64,000 bases of DNA from Promethearchaeota archaeon (GCA_011364925.1 RDOA01000010.1:44216-108215), one strand, 5' to 3'; positions 29,301 through 38,989 are shown, counted from the first letter of the stretch. A program made the numbers and translations. The notes: generated from the sequence alone by a model not told the origin.

Positions 29301-29540
29301 CGAACTTACTGCTCTAAAGTTAGCATCTATCTCAGGTTCTACGAACAATCCAAGATCATTATGATGAGTGCTTGTGAAATAAGTTGCTAAGTTTTTTGCT
29401 TGAGCAACGTTTTTCTCACTGATATAATAAGTCCAGTGAATGTTTATTAAGACTAGGGATAAAATCGGGGTTCCAATTAGTAAGATAAGGATGACGAGTC
29501 TCTTAATCCATTTTTTACCTTTTCGGCTTAATTTTGATAT
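26349..29540 (-). CDS. TM - prenyltransferase/squalene-cyclase-like repeat ectodomain - TM - ABC ATPase fusion (about 1063 aa)
   Basis: Many QNxDGGF...STY repeats; GESGAGKST, LSGGQ, LDEPTSGLD, ITH; frame open 64 codons upstream of the TTG at 29348, including a TM helix, to ATA 29540 after GGTGG. Confidence 0.85.
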   Translation of the reverse strand: MSKLSRKGKKWIKRLVILILLIGTPILSLVLINIHWTYYISEKNVAQAKNLATYFTSTHHNDLGLFVEPEIDANFRAVSSINYSFSNLYTPELINPNDNPHLVFNFRNFFFDYLFEKQNIDGSYSDIAGFGNMLSTYEALETLKIMNILYLESKILLGETENIANYLLDSLNGGGWGFRLTPLLNNSDIISTYCAIVSSYNIAKGNLLINQKIGEFINSTWTPLTGSYRLTNDSLMATPETTYYGVRAFLGMNMSYSLAELLDIGAYFSSHYSLIDGGYINPETGMSDVQTTYYSISTLSLLGLDLLINEDETLNFVLNCSNNNGGFGVRPNASISDFKSGWAAMKSIDILKNLTMLSNQKVNTINQISMGYYRWLHFYQARNGLFGQITIESNYFGILTYYNMGYLDSIDTPEFHFMKNSVLNFTVMCYNPSEGGFGSKPGQNATLFSTYCGLNLLQMIIPISRPWFPSYYLNLTQYYLASLQNADGGFKAGQNVNYILSLFGAYSIIFTDLINTNVSTMESTYWAVKSLDLINGLDRISYTNFSHWVRSCQNADGGFSIFVGFHSDIISTYYGLQLFTEDYVNGPMSKISVIEFLKQSQNSDGSFSLIPMMGQFLALPSSFITTFMASKSLYDYNFQPEDIQGALLWFADCISSSTGGVGDNPSFGADLRNIPYGIIIIDELKYDQSFNSKPWNTLLVYILLTEAGLITILIALKIRQKLSLIKRIAEKLGYGEKISPAYLRRFPAINCENFNVFAGGKLIVDSVTMKVDHGQILGILGESGAGKSTFVKGLLGMRKVTGFCQIFGLNINKRTSKKIRPIYGYVPQDLGKIYHNFTVLDNLLSFGSQYGLSEREIISRSRRLLRNLEIEDKTNELVRNLSGGQKRRVSIAIGLIHSPIFLILDEPTSGLDPIIRENLWLALTKINEQFGTTLIVITHYPEESRFCNRVAIFGRNRGVIDFGKPKNLLAQLPGKGRSIEVYFKEIKENVIQKLETIEGIESVLENKAGTEYSLLTNLSVKDLIAKIELEVGKDSILDIKQIDSKMEQFFRYKLIEVPKVGEL

Positions 29541-30541
29541 TGAGGACCACCATTGTTAATTAATTCAATTTGGGTTTGCACTTTTTCCTTAGTTTCTTCT
29601 TCTTGAATTCTGATCTGAAAGTACCTTCTAAAGTTAGCAATGTCCCTGCTCATAGAAATAACTTTATACTCTTTTTCAAAAAGGAACTTCATAAACTTTG
29701 GTAAATTTTCATCAAATTGATCCATAAGTACTTCTATAGTTTCGTTTCCAACTCTTAGCACTTTTTTAATAGATGGATACCCCTGAATTACATTTATAAT
29801 TTTTTGATTAAGATTTTCGATTGAGATTCTTGCCACCAGACCATTACTCGGCAGTGAGCTTATCAAATTTTGAGGGGTATCAAATTCAAGCAATCTCCCT
29901 TCCCTTAGGATTGCTGTTTTGTCACATATCAGTGCTGCTTCTAAATCGTGCGTTATAATAAACATCGTGGTATTCAACTGCTGGTTTAGCTTCTTTAAGT
30001 AACTCAATACATCGTAGCGTCGTGATGCATCAACTCCAGTTGTTGGTTCATCAAGAAATAGAACGTCAGGACTATGGATTAACCCAATTGCCATTGAAAG
30101 GCGCTTTTTTTCGCCACCGCTCATTTTTTTTACTCGTTTTTTCCAAGTATCTTTAGGGATATCCAGAATTTTAAATAATTTTTCTGCCGTTTTTTTAGCT
30201 TCTTTTTTATCCATACCGTAAGTAGATGTAAAAACTTCAACGTTTACCATAGGAGTTAGCTCAAAGTATAAATTCAATAGTTCTAATTGAGGTACATATC
30301 CGATATTGCTTAGTATCTTTGAATGATTAGCTTTCTTACTCGGATCTAAGCCCGTCACAGATACTGTACCATTCCAATTCTTTTTTTCAATTTGACATGT
30401 TAAAACTCTGATTACAGTCGTCTTTCCAGCCCCAGAAATGCCGAACATGCCGATAATTTCCCCCTTTTTGACACTAAAAGACACATCATGAACAATATGT
30501 TTTTTACCAAATATTACGTTTAAATCTTCGACTGAAACCAT
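29528..30541 (-). CDS. ABC-2 exporter ATP-binding subunit
   Basis: GISGAGKTT, MSGGE, LDEPTTGVD, ITHD. Confidence 0.93.
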   Translation of the reverse strand: MVSVEDLNVIFGKKHIVHDVSFSVKKGEIIGMFGISGAGKTTVIRVLTCQIEKKNWNGTVSVTGLDPSKKANHSKILSNIGYVPQLELLNLYFELTPMVNVEVFTSTYGMDKKEAKKTAEKLFKILDIPKDTWKKRVKKMSGGEKKRLSMAIGLIHSPDVLFLDEPTTGVDASRRYDVLSYLKKLNQQLNTTMFIITHDLEAALICDKTAILREGRLLEFDTPQNLISSLPSNGLVARISIENLNQKIINVIQGYPSIKKVLRVGNETIEVLMDQFDENLPKFMKFLFEKEYKVISMSRDIANFRRYFQIRIQEEETKEKVQTQIELINNGGPQYQN

Positions 30542-30571
30542 TGTTTTACCAGATAATTCAGTAATCTCCTT

Positions 30572-31783
30572 TTACACCTCGTATTTTCTTCTTTGGAATA
30601 TAATATACGACAAACCTACTAAGATTAAACTTACTCCTAATAATGCGAAAAAGTCAAAACCGAATACTGATCTTCCTTTAGTGATTATACTGTTTATTAG
30701 AGGGCTTCCGTGAGATAACGGAAGTATATACGCGATGACTTGCAAATAAATAGGCATTGCTTCGATCGGTATAAAGATCCCACTCAAAAGAATCAATACT
30801 AGAAATGTAGCTAAAAACAATTGGTTTGCTTGCGTCTTAGTTTTACTTACTGAGCTAATAAATATCCCTAATGTGAGTCCTGTAAATCCCAAGATAAACA
30901 ACGCGAGGAATAAATCAAGAAATGACCCTACTAAATATAATCCAAATGCCAATGCAGTAGAAATAAGTGAGAGATTTTGGATTATTAGAATACTGATGTA
31001 AGTTAAATATTTCGCTGTAAGAATTTCGAGCCTCTTAACCGGAGTTAGAAGCAATCTAGCAACTGGTTTCTCTTGCACAACTATTAAAATCGTTGAAACC
31101 ATGCCCACTCCTATTATCATGAACGAAAGAACGAGGACTATCATATAATTATAACTAAAGCTATAACCTTCAGGTATAGAAAATTCTTCATAACCTTTTA
31201 TTTTAAATTGAGGAGATAAATTATTTTGAAAAACAAATATTTTAATGGAGTCGTAAACCGCGTTCAAACTTACTTGGATTTTTTGGATGTCAGACGAGTC
31301 TGTTACACAGTCTATTAAACCAGGATATCCCCATTCAATTAACTCCGAGAAATCAACGGGAATTGATATTATAACTTTTATCTGTTTAGCAGTTAAAAGA
31401 TTTCTCGCCGTTTCCATTGCGTAGATCTCTTCAGTAGCATTAAAAAATTGGACAAGATTTAATAAATTTGAGGCATTTACAGCTTCTACATACTTAAGGT
31501 TATAATCGTCTAATGTGGATTCGGTAAAATTATTTTCGTCAATAAAGACATTTGAGTCATAGGATACCACTACGCAATTAATTGGTTGGACGGTAGCTCT
31601 AGGATTGCCAGAAGTTAAACCTAACGCAAGGATTACAAGAGGAGGTACAATTAATGCTATAAACATGTTGAATTTATCTGTCCAAAGGAGCCGGAACTCT
31701 TTTTTAATTTGCTTAAGTAATCTGACTAAGCCATTTTTCAATTTAAAGCTCCGCTTTTTATCTTGACTCTCTCTCCGATTGAT
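30572..31783 (-). CDS. ABC-2 permease with extracellular domain
   Basis: KKEFRLLWTD, RLLLTPV, LSGIFIPIE.MP, PLSH; probable ATC start 7 nt after GGAGGTG (ORF track start 31822 lies inside the upstream gene). Confidence 0.88.
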   Translation of the reverse strand: MNRRESQDKKRSFKLKNGLVRLLKQIKKEFRLLWTDKFNMFIALIVPPLVILALGLTSGNPRATVQPINCVVVSYDSNVFIDENNFTESTLDDYNLKYVEAVNASNLLNLVQFFNATEEIYAMETARNLLTAKQIKVIISIPVDFSELIEWGYPGLIDCVTDSSDIQKIQVSLNAVYDSIKIFVFQNNLSPQFKIKGYEEFSIPEGYSFSYNYMIVLVLSFMIIGVGMVSTILIVVQEKPVARLLLTPVKRLEILTAKYLTYISILIIQNLSLISTALAFGLYLVGSFLDLFLALFILGFTGLTLGIFISSVSKTKTQANQLFLATFLVLILLSGIFIPIEAMPIYLQVIAYILPLSHGSPLINSIITKGRSVFGFDFFALLGVSLILVGLSYIIFQRRKYEV

Positions 31784-31787
31784 TTTG

Positions 31788-32939
31788 TCACACCTCCAAT
31801 TTTTTAAATTTATACGAGACATACGCTGCGAATAAGAAAATCATAGAAATTAAGAGAAGAGAAAGTACGTGCTCCAAATTTAAACTTAAGCCTCTCAACG
31901 TAACATCAGTAATTAAAATAGATGCATGACTTAAAGGAAAGAGGTCTGCAAGGAATCGCGCTCCACCTAACGATTCTGCTGGTAGAAGCGTCCCTGAAAA
32001 TATAATCATGACAATAAACATCATCAAATACATTTGATTAGCTCCTTGTTCCGTTGGACTAATTGCCGAGATAAATAGACCAATTGCAACCCCGCTAAGT
32101 CCTATCATGAGTAAAATTAGGTAAAACGAAAAAAGAGATCCTAAACTGTATAATCCAAAAAATGCCGTCATTACAAATATTTCTGTAGATTGCAATATCA
32201 TAATTACCGTATTTGCAATTAATTTACTAAAGAGAATATCTCTCTTTGATGTAGGTGTAATAAGCATTCTTGGAAGTGGTCCTTCAGCTACTATTGATAA
32301 AGATGTTAGGTTCATTGTTGTGCCCACAATAATAATTGGTAAAATTAAAGAAAGAGAATAATTAAGCAGTTGGGATTCCCAGGAAGGGACTCCAAATTCG
32401 AGATGTGGAACCATAATAGTAAAATTTTCTAACATACCTGTTGCTACTCTAAAAAGAGAAATTGGTTCTTGAAGAGACACCTCAATCGCACTCACAGCAG
32501 TTCGATCAGAACCGTCAATATAATAAATCAAAACAGGATTGGAGTTATTTGCAATTGACTCTGAGAAATTCTGAGGAAGCACAATAAATACATCTATGAG
32601 GTCGTTTTTCAAAAGTGTAAGACAACGATTAATTGCGTGATTATACTCTTCACTGTTCGTAGCATTAAAGGAGCGATAAAGGTCCCAAGTTGTCGTGTTA
32701 TATTTAATTATTGAAATAAATACTTCATCATACTCAGATGAGTTTGATGGGAAATTCTCGTAGGTAGGCATCTCATCTTGACTAATAATAGCAGCGGTAA
32801 AAAATTTAGTTGGACCCACACCTGTAGTAAGTCCAAAGATAACAATTAATATCATAGGAATTACAAACAATAGAATTAGAGTTCTTCGATCAGATCTAAT
32901 CCTATTAAATTCTTTTTGGATTAATCCAGATAAAGTCAT
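31788..32939 (-). CDS. ABC-2 permease with extracellular domain
   Basis: QKEFNRIRSDRR, RMLITP, FSGTLLP, FPLSHA. Confidence 0.92.
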   Translation of the reverse strand: MTLSGLIQKEFNRIRSDRRTLILLFVIPMILIVIFGLTTGVGPTKFFTAAIISQDEMPTYENFPSNSSEYDEVFISIIKYNTTTWDLYRSFNATNSEEYNHAINRCLTLLKNDLIDVFIVLPQNFSESIANNSNPVLIYYIDGSDRTAVSAIEVSLQEPISLFRVATGMLENFTIMVPHLEFGVPSWESQLLNYSLSLILPIIIVGTTMNLTSLSIVAEGPLPRMLITPTSKRDILFSKLIANTVIMILQSTEIFVMTAFFGLYSLGSLFSFYLILLMIGLSGVAIGLFISAISPTEQGANQMYLMMFIVMIIFSGTLLPAESLGGARFLADLFPLSHASILITDVTLRGLSLNLEHVLSLLLISMIFLFAAYVSYKFKKLEV

Positions 32940-33088
32940 TTAGCCTAATTCTCACTAATTCTAATGTTGAATATTCAAGATTTTACTATTAACTAACAAA
33001 ATATATGGGCTTGTGTAATAAAAAAGTTATTGCCAATCTTGTTAAGGATTTAATTTTTCGGAATAGACTTGATGGAATTGTTTTCCGC

Positions 33089-33613
33089 TTATGAAGGGAA
33101 ATCTTTCAATTTCAATATAGTTCTCCTTTCTTTGTCATCCTCAATAAATCTTCGAAAAATTTCATTATTATCGTCAATAAATTCCCAAAATTCTTCGTAA
33201 ATTTCCTGTAATGTCATTTTATGTTTCTTATTGAAGTACTCCTCGAAACTATTAACTCTATTCTTGTAGTCTGGTTTCTTTTTAATTTCTTTTGAAGAAT
33301 CTTTATCTGATGCACTAGATTTATACAGCTCTAAGCTATCTACAAAATGATCTTTATAGGTTGGCTTTAGTTTGCTATCCTTTTTAGTTTCTTCTGAATT
33401 CAATTGGTAATCCACCTTTTGATACCCTCGAATCGAGAAATTTTTATCTATAAATAATTGAAAATGATGTTTGCATACTCTATTTTGAGGAACTGAAATA
33501 GTCGTTAAACGAGAGGTCTGGTCTACTATCGATTTGGGAACCTGAATTACTCTTCTGGCTTTACAAACGGGACATATAACTTCAATATACCTATTAACTG
33601 TTATAGCTTCCAT
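33089..33613 (-). CDS. Hypothetical protein with N-terminal Zn-finger (CxxC...CxH)
   Basis: CPVC...VCKHHF...D..F.IRGY; N-terminus resembles 58007-58855. Confidence 0.7.
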   Translation of the reverse strand: MEAITVNRYIEVICPVCKARRVIQVPKSIVDQTSRLTTISVPQNRVCKHHFQLFIDKNFSIRGYQKVDYQLNSEETKKDSKLKPTYKDHFVDSLELYKSSASDKDSSKEIKKKPDYKNRVNSFEEYFNKKHKMTLQEIYEEFWEFIDDNNEIFRRFIEDDKERRTILKLKDFPS

Positions 33614-33779
33614 TAGAAGATCAATAACTAAGATGTTTTTTCGTCTATCAATTTGTCTGCATCTTAGAATTTAAATTCCCCTAATTTCGAAAAGCTGAAG
33701 TCTCCAGCTTTAAAACTAAATTTTAATTTCAATAAATAATATTCTTTAATATATTCCTTTATTGTTGAGCTATTAAATC

Positions 33780-35180
33780 ATGAGCAATCAAAAAACCAGT
33801 ATGGATGTTTTCTTTAATCCCAAATCAATTGCTATTGTAGGCGCTTCAGAATCTTTCAAATTTGGATATACGATGACAAATTATTTGTTGAGCTCTGAAT
33901 TCAAATCGTATCCAGTAAATAATACTAAAGATTTTATCTTTGGTCATAAAGTGTTCAAAAACATTAAGGATATTCCAGACGATATTGAATTGGTAATTAT
34001 AATTGTAAAGAATGAAAGCGTGCTTGAAGTTGTAAAGGATTCCGTCCAAAAAGGAGCTAAAGGAATTATTATAGAAACAGCAGGCTTTTCAGAAACTGGA
34101 ATTGAAGAATTTTCGAAAATCCAAAAGGAAATAGAGATAATTGCAAATGAATCGAATGTGAGAATAATTGGTCCAAATTGTGTGGGGGTAACAAATTTTA
34201 TTAACAAATTTTCAACAGCAGATATAGATTTCGATGAATCTATGGAAGAAGGAACTATTTCTGTTATAGCGCAATCAGGTGTGTTAGGAAATATATTTAT
34301 TGAATGGTCAGCGAGTCAAAAGATCGGTTTTTCAAAAACTGTTACGCTTGGAAATAAAATTGATGTTGATGAAGTTGATATGTTGGAATATCTTGAGAAA
34401 GATGTGAATACGAATGTAATTACAGTTTATCTTGAAGGCGTAAAGAGAGGACCAAAACTTATAGAAGTATTAAAAAAAATGACTAAACCAGTGTTGATCT
34501 TAAAAAATGGTCGCAGTGAAATAGGATCTAATGCGATAAGGAGTCACACTGGCTCAATTGCTGGAGACGACAAAATCTATGACACGATTTTCAAACAATA
34601 TCCCGGTATCTACAGAGTAAATAATTTTTACGAGATGTTTGATATTGCTCAAGTATTTGCTACTCAGCCTTTACCTAAAGGAAAGAATATAGCCATAATT
34701 ACATCCTCTGGAAGTTTAGGAATTCTGGCATGCGATGAAATCGAGAGACTTGGTCTAAATCTTGCAGTTTTAGATGATTCAACCATCAAAAAAATGAAAA
34801 TTTTGGCCCCTAATTGGACTTCATTGAAGAATCCTGTTGATTTGGGACCTTCTTTATTTATGAATTTTAACCAAATATTAGATGCTGTATTAAACGATAA
34901 AAATGTGGATGCGTTATTACACATTTTCGCAGTCCCTCAAAAACCAATAAAAACGTTTTCTTTACCAGTGAAACCACACTTGAGAGAATTAAACAAATTA
35001 TCAACTAAATTGGAAAAGCCTGTTATTACATGTGTATTTGGTTCCCGCTGGATTGTAGATTACTTTTTAAAAGATTCCTACAAATACAAAATACCAATAA
35101 TGGCTCAAATAAGCCACGCGATAAAAGCATTTAAACATATGTACGATTTTGGCATATCTAATAAAAGTAATAAGTCATAA
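33780..35180 (+). CDS. acdA: Acyl-CoA synthetase (ADP-forming) alpha subunit
   Basis: FNPKSIAIVGAS, GPNCVG, AQSG, SHTGSIAG (phospho-His), NPVDL. Confidence 0.9.
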   Translation: MSNQKTSMDVFFNPKSIAIVGASESFKFGYTMTNYLLSSEFKSYPVNNTKDFIFGHKVFKNIKDIPDDIELVIIIVKNESVLEVVKDSVQKGAKGIIIETAGFSETGIEEFSKIQKEIEIIANESNVRIIGPNCVGVTNFINKFSTADIDFDESMEEGTISVIAQSGVLGNIFIEWSASQKIGFSKTVTLGNKIDVDEVDMLEYLEKDVNTNVITVYLEGVKRGPKLIEVLKKMTKPVLILKNGRSEIGSNAIRSHTGSIAGDDKIYDTIFKQYPGIYRVNNFYEMFDIAQVFATQPLPKGKNIAIITSSGSLGILACDEIERLGLNLAVLDDSTIKKMKILAPNWTSLKNPVDLGPSLFMNFNQILDAVLNDKNVDALLHIFAVPQKPIKTFSLPVKPHLRELNKLSTKLEKPVITCVFGSRWIVDYFLKDSYKYKIPIMAQISHAIKAFKHMYDFGISNKSNKS

Positions 35181-35306
35181 ATCAAGGTTATAGAGTTATC
35201 TTAATTTAATTCCAAAAACTGGACCCCATTTTTTTTATAATCAAGATTAAACTCCTTTTAATTAACATTATAACATAAAAAACTACATTACGAAAAGTGA
35301 CTAATA

Positions 35307-35840
35307 ATGGTTGATTGGGAACAAGTTGCAGAAACTGCATTAATCTATTGGAATCAATTTGTTGATTGGTTTTTAGGAATGCCTATTTACGCTCAAGCTT
35401 TATTAATTATTGGGGCTGTAGCCGCTCTAGTTCTCGCAGTTATTATTGTGTATTATCTACTTAAAGGTGCAGCATATTTAGTATATTACATCTTAAAGGG
35501 AACTTACCTATTAATTAAAGGAATCTTTCTTGGTATATTCAAACTCTTTGAAGCACTCTACTATTTAATTTCAGGAAAACCTAGACCTGTTAAAGAACCT
35601 TCAGATAAGAATTGTTGCGAACAACCAGAAATACCCCAAGATTCTCCCCTTGAACAAGAAATAATCTTACCATCTCAAAATGAAATTCAATTGGTTCAGC
35701 CAGATGCTATTTTTTGCAGTGAATGTGGAACTCAATACACTGAAAGAATGATTGAACAATTAAAAGTAAACGGAATTGCTTACTGCGTTTATTGTGGAAA
35801 AGGCTACAAAGCTATTGAAGCTGAAGTCGCGTCTCAATAA
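35307..35840 (+). CDS. Membrane protein with C-terminal Zn ribbon
   Basis: Long hydrophobic segment; CSECG...CVYCG. Confidence 0.75.
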   Translation: MVDWEQVAETALIYWNQFVDWFLGMPIYAQALLIIGAVAALVLAVIIVYYLLKGAAYLVYYILKGTYLLIKGIFLGIFKLFEALYYLISGKPRPVKEPSDKNCCEQPEIPQDSPLEQEIILPSQNEIQLVQPDAIFCSECGTQYTERMIEQLKVNGIAYCVYCGKGYKAIEAEVASQ

Positions 35841-35860
35841 TTTTTTTTCCTTTTTTTTAT

Positions 35861-36739
35861 TTACTTTAGTTTTTTTTCTAAAAGAACAACAGCAATAGGT
35901 TTGTCTTCATCTTCCCAAGATGGATTTTTAAGTCCCAATTGTTTTATATTCATTAAAGCTTTACTTTGGCAATAGACCACGACCAAGTTGATCTCTTCCT
36001 TGTTTAGTTCGTGGTCAACAGTATAAGAGATTAATTGAGAAGCGGCTTTTGGATCGCCGTAAATTATAATCCATACCTCATTCTCTCTGGGTTTTTCAGG
36101 CAAAGACGTACTCTGAATATCTATTTTATGCAAGATCGCAGCTGAGTTTGTCAACCATAAGGAGTCTTTATCTTCTAAATCGGTTAAAGGGATGAAAGAC
36201 CAACCTATATTTAGTTCATTTCCAACTCCTATTCCAATTCTTTTATAAATTTCTTTAGCCTCTACAATTGAAATCCTACGGATATTAGAGACATCATAGT
36301 CAGTGAGGTTAAGTTCTTTAATATCATTTTGTAATACCTCCATCCTCTTCTTTTCCTTGAAGTCGTAAAATTTCGCTAGGGCTAAAGAACCAAAATTTCT
36401 GGAAGATGTATCGTATTGAGCAACTCTGGCACCAACTTTGGTTGCATAATCAATAGCATATTTCAATTGTTCGCGTCCAATTCCTTTTTTTTGATAAGAA
36501 ACTTTCACTCGACCACCTTCTAGCCAAACAATTCCATTGGAATACATTTTTACCCGTCCAAATCCAACTAATTCTTTCATTTCCTCATCAAGAAAAGTAC
36601 CATAGGCTAGATGGTTTTTCTCATTTAACCATCGATCAATAACATCAGGAATATAATCATCACCCTCCCATATGTCCTTGCTGATGTCTAAAATTGCTGG
36701 AATATCTTCTACTGTTAATTCCCGGAAATATAATTTCAT
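35861..36739 (-). CDS. GNAT-family N-acetyltransferase
   Basis: IWEGDDYIP, WLEGGRV...YQKKGIG acetyl-CoA motif. Confidence 0.88.
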   Translation of the reverse strand: MKLYFRELTVEDIPAILDISKDIWEGDDYIPDVIDRWLNEKNHLAYGTFLDEEMKELVGFGRVKMYSNGIVWLEGGRVKVSYQKKGIGREQLKYAIDYATKVGARVAQYDTSSRNFGSLALAKFYDFKEKKRMEVLQNDIKELNLTDYDVSNIRRISIVEAKEIYKRIGIGVGNELNIGWSFIPLTDLEDKDSLWLTNSAAILHKIDIQSTSLPEKPRENEVWIIIYGDPKAASQLISYTVDHELNKEEINLVVVYCQSKALMNIKQLGLKNPSWEDEDKPIAVVLLEKKLK

Positions 36740-36788
36740 AATTGCAGCTTGAATTAAATCAAAGTGGTATAAAAACTATAATTCAAGA

Positions 36789-37373
36789 CTACTTAGAAAG
36801 CTTTTTGTAAAGGGTGTAGTATAAAATAAAGACTAAACCAGTATGAAGTATAATACAAGCAAAGATTCCAAGACTTAATAGAATAAATCCGTTATAAATT
36901 CCTAATAGAAATGAGGTTATAAGATAAGAAATCAAGATTGCTTTATCTTTAAATTTAAACCAAATATGAACATGATAAATTGAAAAAACGATACTCGAAA
37001 GTACAACTGCTAAAATGAAATCTACCTTTAATTCATTCAATAATATTCCAATAAGATAATAACGAAAAATTAGTTCTTCCATTACCATGGTCAATGGAAA
37101 GAAAATAACCAGTGTTGTTATACCTTCTCTCTTCAAAAGAGTGTTAACGACATCGTGTTGTCTCATCGCCTCTTTACTCCTTTCACTATATCCAAAAGTT
37201 TCCATCAATTTTCCTAATCCTAATAAACTTAGAAAGCCTACAATTAAAAATAGCACTATGTTAATTGATAGTTCACTTACAAAAAGAAAATCAATGTAAA
37301 CACCAAAAAAAATCGGAACGATTAAAAGGGCTACAATAACAGCAATTATAAGATGTTTTGTTCCAAACGCCAT
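36789..37373 (-). CDS. CPBP (CAAX protease Rce1-like) intramembrane glutamic endopeptidase
   Basis: EELIFR, FSIYH, ILH motifs; ATG 37373 after AGGAG preferred, since the ORF-track start overlaps the divergent gene. Confidence 0.88.
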   Translation of the reverse strand: MAFGTKHLIIAVIVALLIVPIFFGVYIDFLFVSELSINIVLFLIVGFLSLLGLGKLMETFGYSERSKEAMRQHDVVNTLLKREGITTLVIFFPLTMVMEELIFRYYLIGILLNELKVDFILAVVLSSIVFSIYHVHIWFKFKDKAILISYLITSFLLGIYNGFILLSLGIFACIILHTGLVFILYYTLYKKLSK

Positions 37374-37471
37374 ATCTCCTAAAACTTTCAAAGTTATTAA
37401 ATTAGATTTAATTAGTTGAAGGTATCTAATAATATATATTATTTTAGTCAATAAAAACAAGGATTTAAGAC

Positions 37472-38989
37472 TTGACAGAATTATATCAAAAACTAGAAAA
37501 AATAGTTTCAAAGAACTATATCTCAGATAGCATTTACGTAAGACACGCTTATTCGAGGGTTGTAGATCCCGTATTACAAGGAGTCCCTGATATTGTTATT
37601 AGACCAAAGGACGCACAAGAAATTTCTGAAATTCTTCAGGTTGCTAACGAAGAAAATATAGCAGTTATACCTCGCGGTGGTGGAGATTGTGAGTTTGGAG
37701 GTAGCAAACCTATTGAAAATAGTGGAATCGTCTTGGATTTGAAGCGAATGGACAATGTAGTCAATCTAGATCAGGATAATCTTATTGTAACTGTAGAAGC
37801 AGGTATATCCTGGGGCAAATTAAACGATTATTTATGTAATTTTGGGCTATATACTGGTTGTTTAGGCCCAGGATCTGGGTTAACTGCTTCTGTCGGAGGC
37901 GGCATCTCTCATCAGTCAGTCGGAGGTGGAGGATGCGCTAAATATGGGTCGTGTACAAATCAATTAGTTTCTTTAGAAGTGGTTCTACCTACAGGGCAAA
38001 TAATTGAAACTGGTTCACAAGCAAATAAACATTCAAAATTTCCCTTTAATAGATTTGGAAACGGTCCTGATTTTGCAAGTATATTTTGCGGCGATAACGG
38101 CATTTTCGGGGTGAAAACTCAAATATCATTGCAAGTGTTTCCAAAACCCCCTTTTGCGAGTTATAAAACTTTTCTAATGCCTCGCAAATCAGAAGAGGTT
38201 TCAGCTAAAATCTTTACGGAAATGAGGCTTAAAGGGATTGATGTTTACGATTCGATGTACTTTATGGATTTATTAGTCAGAGTTGGAACAGAAAAGGGAA
38301 TTTTTCCCTTATGGGACAATCTAAAGAGAAAAAGGGGCATAATGTTTTATACGGTAGAAGCTAATAGCGATAAAGAACTCGATGGAAAGGTCAATCAGCT
38401 AGACAAGATTTTTGAAAAAAACAAATCAGAAGAATTAGGTTCAGAAATAGCAGATGGAAATATAGGGAAATGGCATTATGAAGATCAAGGGCACTGGTTA
38501 ATTGCGCATAATTTATGGGGGCTAATCCCCGGCTTTACAGCCCTAGATGCTGAATGCCACACTCCTATTTCTACATATCCTGGGATTTTAAAAGACGTAG
38601 ACCTTTGGGATGTAGAACACGCTAACGAGATGGAACAAATATTAGAAATTGCAGGAATGAGGCCAATAACAGGATCTGGCCCAATAATTTTAATTGGTGA
38701 TCACAACGTCGAGCTAACAACGGGATTTACGAGTTTTGAAAGTTATATTGACGGAGAACATTATGAAATCATAGAAGAACTAAACATTAAGCTTTGGAAA
38801 TCGCTCCTTGAAAGAATAACCAAACATGGAGTAACTTGGTACATGTTAGGAGATATCCTTAGTCGACTTTTAGTTGAAATTGGAGCATTTCAACCAGAGT
38901 ATTTACAATTTTTAACCTTAGTTAAAAAAACTCTTGACCCTCGATTTATTTTAAGTAAAGGAAAGTTTAATTTCTGGGGGGATACTTAA
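37472..38989 (+). CDS. FAD-binding oxidoreductase (GlcD/VAO family), paralog 1
   Basis: PDIVIRP, PRGGG, VEAG, GDNGIFGV, KKTLDP. Confidence 0.92.
   Translation: MTELYQKLEKIVSKNYISDSIYVRHAYSRVVDPVLQGVPDIVIRPKDAQEISEILQVANEENIAVIPRGGGDCEFGGSKPIENSGIVLDLKRMDNVVNLDQDNLIVTVEAGISWGKLNDYLCNFGLYTGCLGPGSGLTASVGGGISHQSVGGGGCAKYGSCTNQLVSLEVVLPTGQIIETGSQANKHSKFPFNRFGNGPDFASIFCGDNGIFGVKTQISLQVFPKPPFASYKTFLMPRKSEEVSAKIFTEMRLKGIDVYDSMYFMDLLVRVGTEKGIFPLWDNLKRKRGIMFYTVEANSDKELDGKVNQLDKIFEKNKSEELGSEIADGNIGKWHYEDQGHWLIAHNLWGLIPGFTALDAECHTPISTYPGILKDVDLWDVEHANEMEQILEIAGMRPITGSGPIILIGDHNVELTTGFTSFESYIDGEHYEIIEELNIKLWKSLLERITKHGVTWYMLGDILSRLLVEIGAFQPEYLQFLTLVKKTLDPRFILSKGKFNFWGDT

Noticed and set aside
9163-37373. 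A eukaryote-type protein prenylation pathway (prenyltransferase repeats + CAAX protease)
   Set aside because: Zinc ligands were not recognisable in the repeats, one repeat domain appears extracellular, no alpha subunit is seen, and CPBP proteases are widespread in prokaryotes
37374-37511. N-terminal extension of the CPBP ORF in the ORF track
   Set aside because: Overlaps the divergent gene and promoter; an ATG with AGGAG SD exists at 37373
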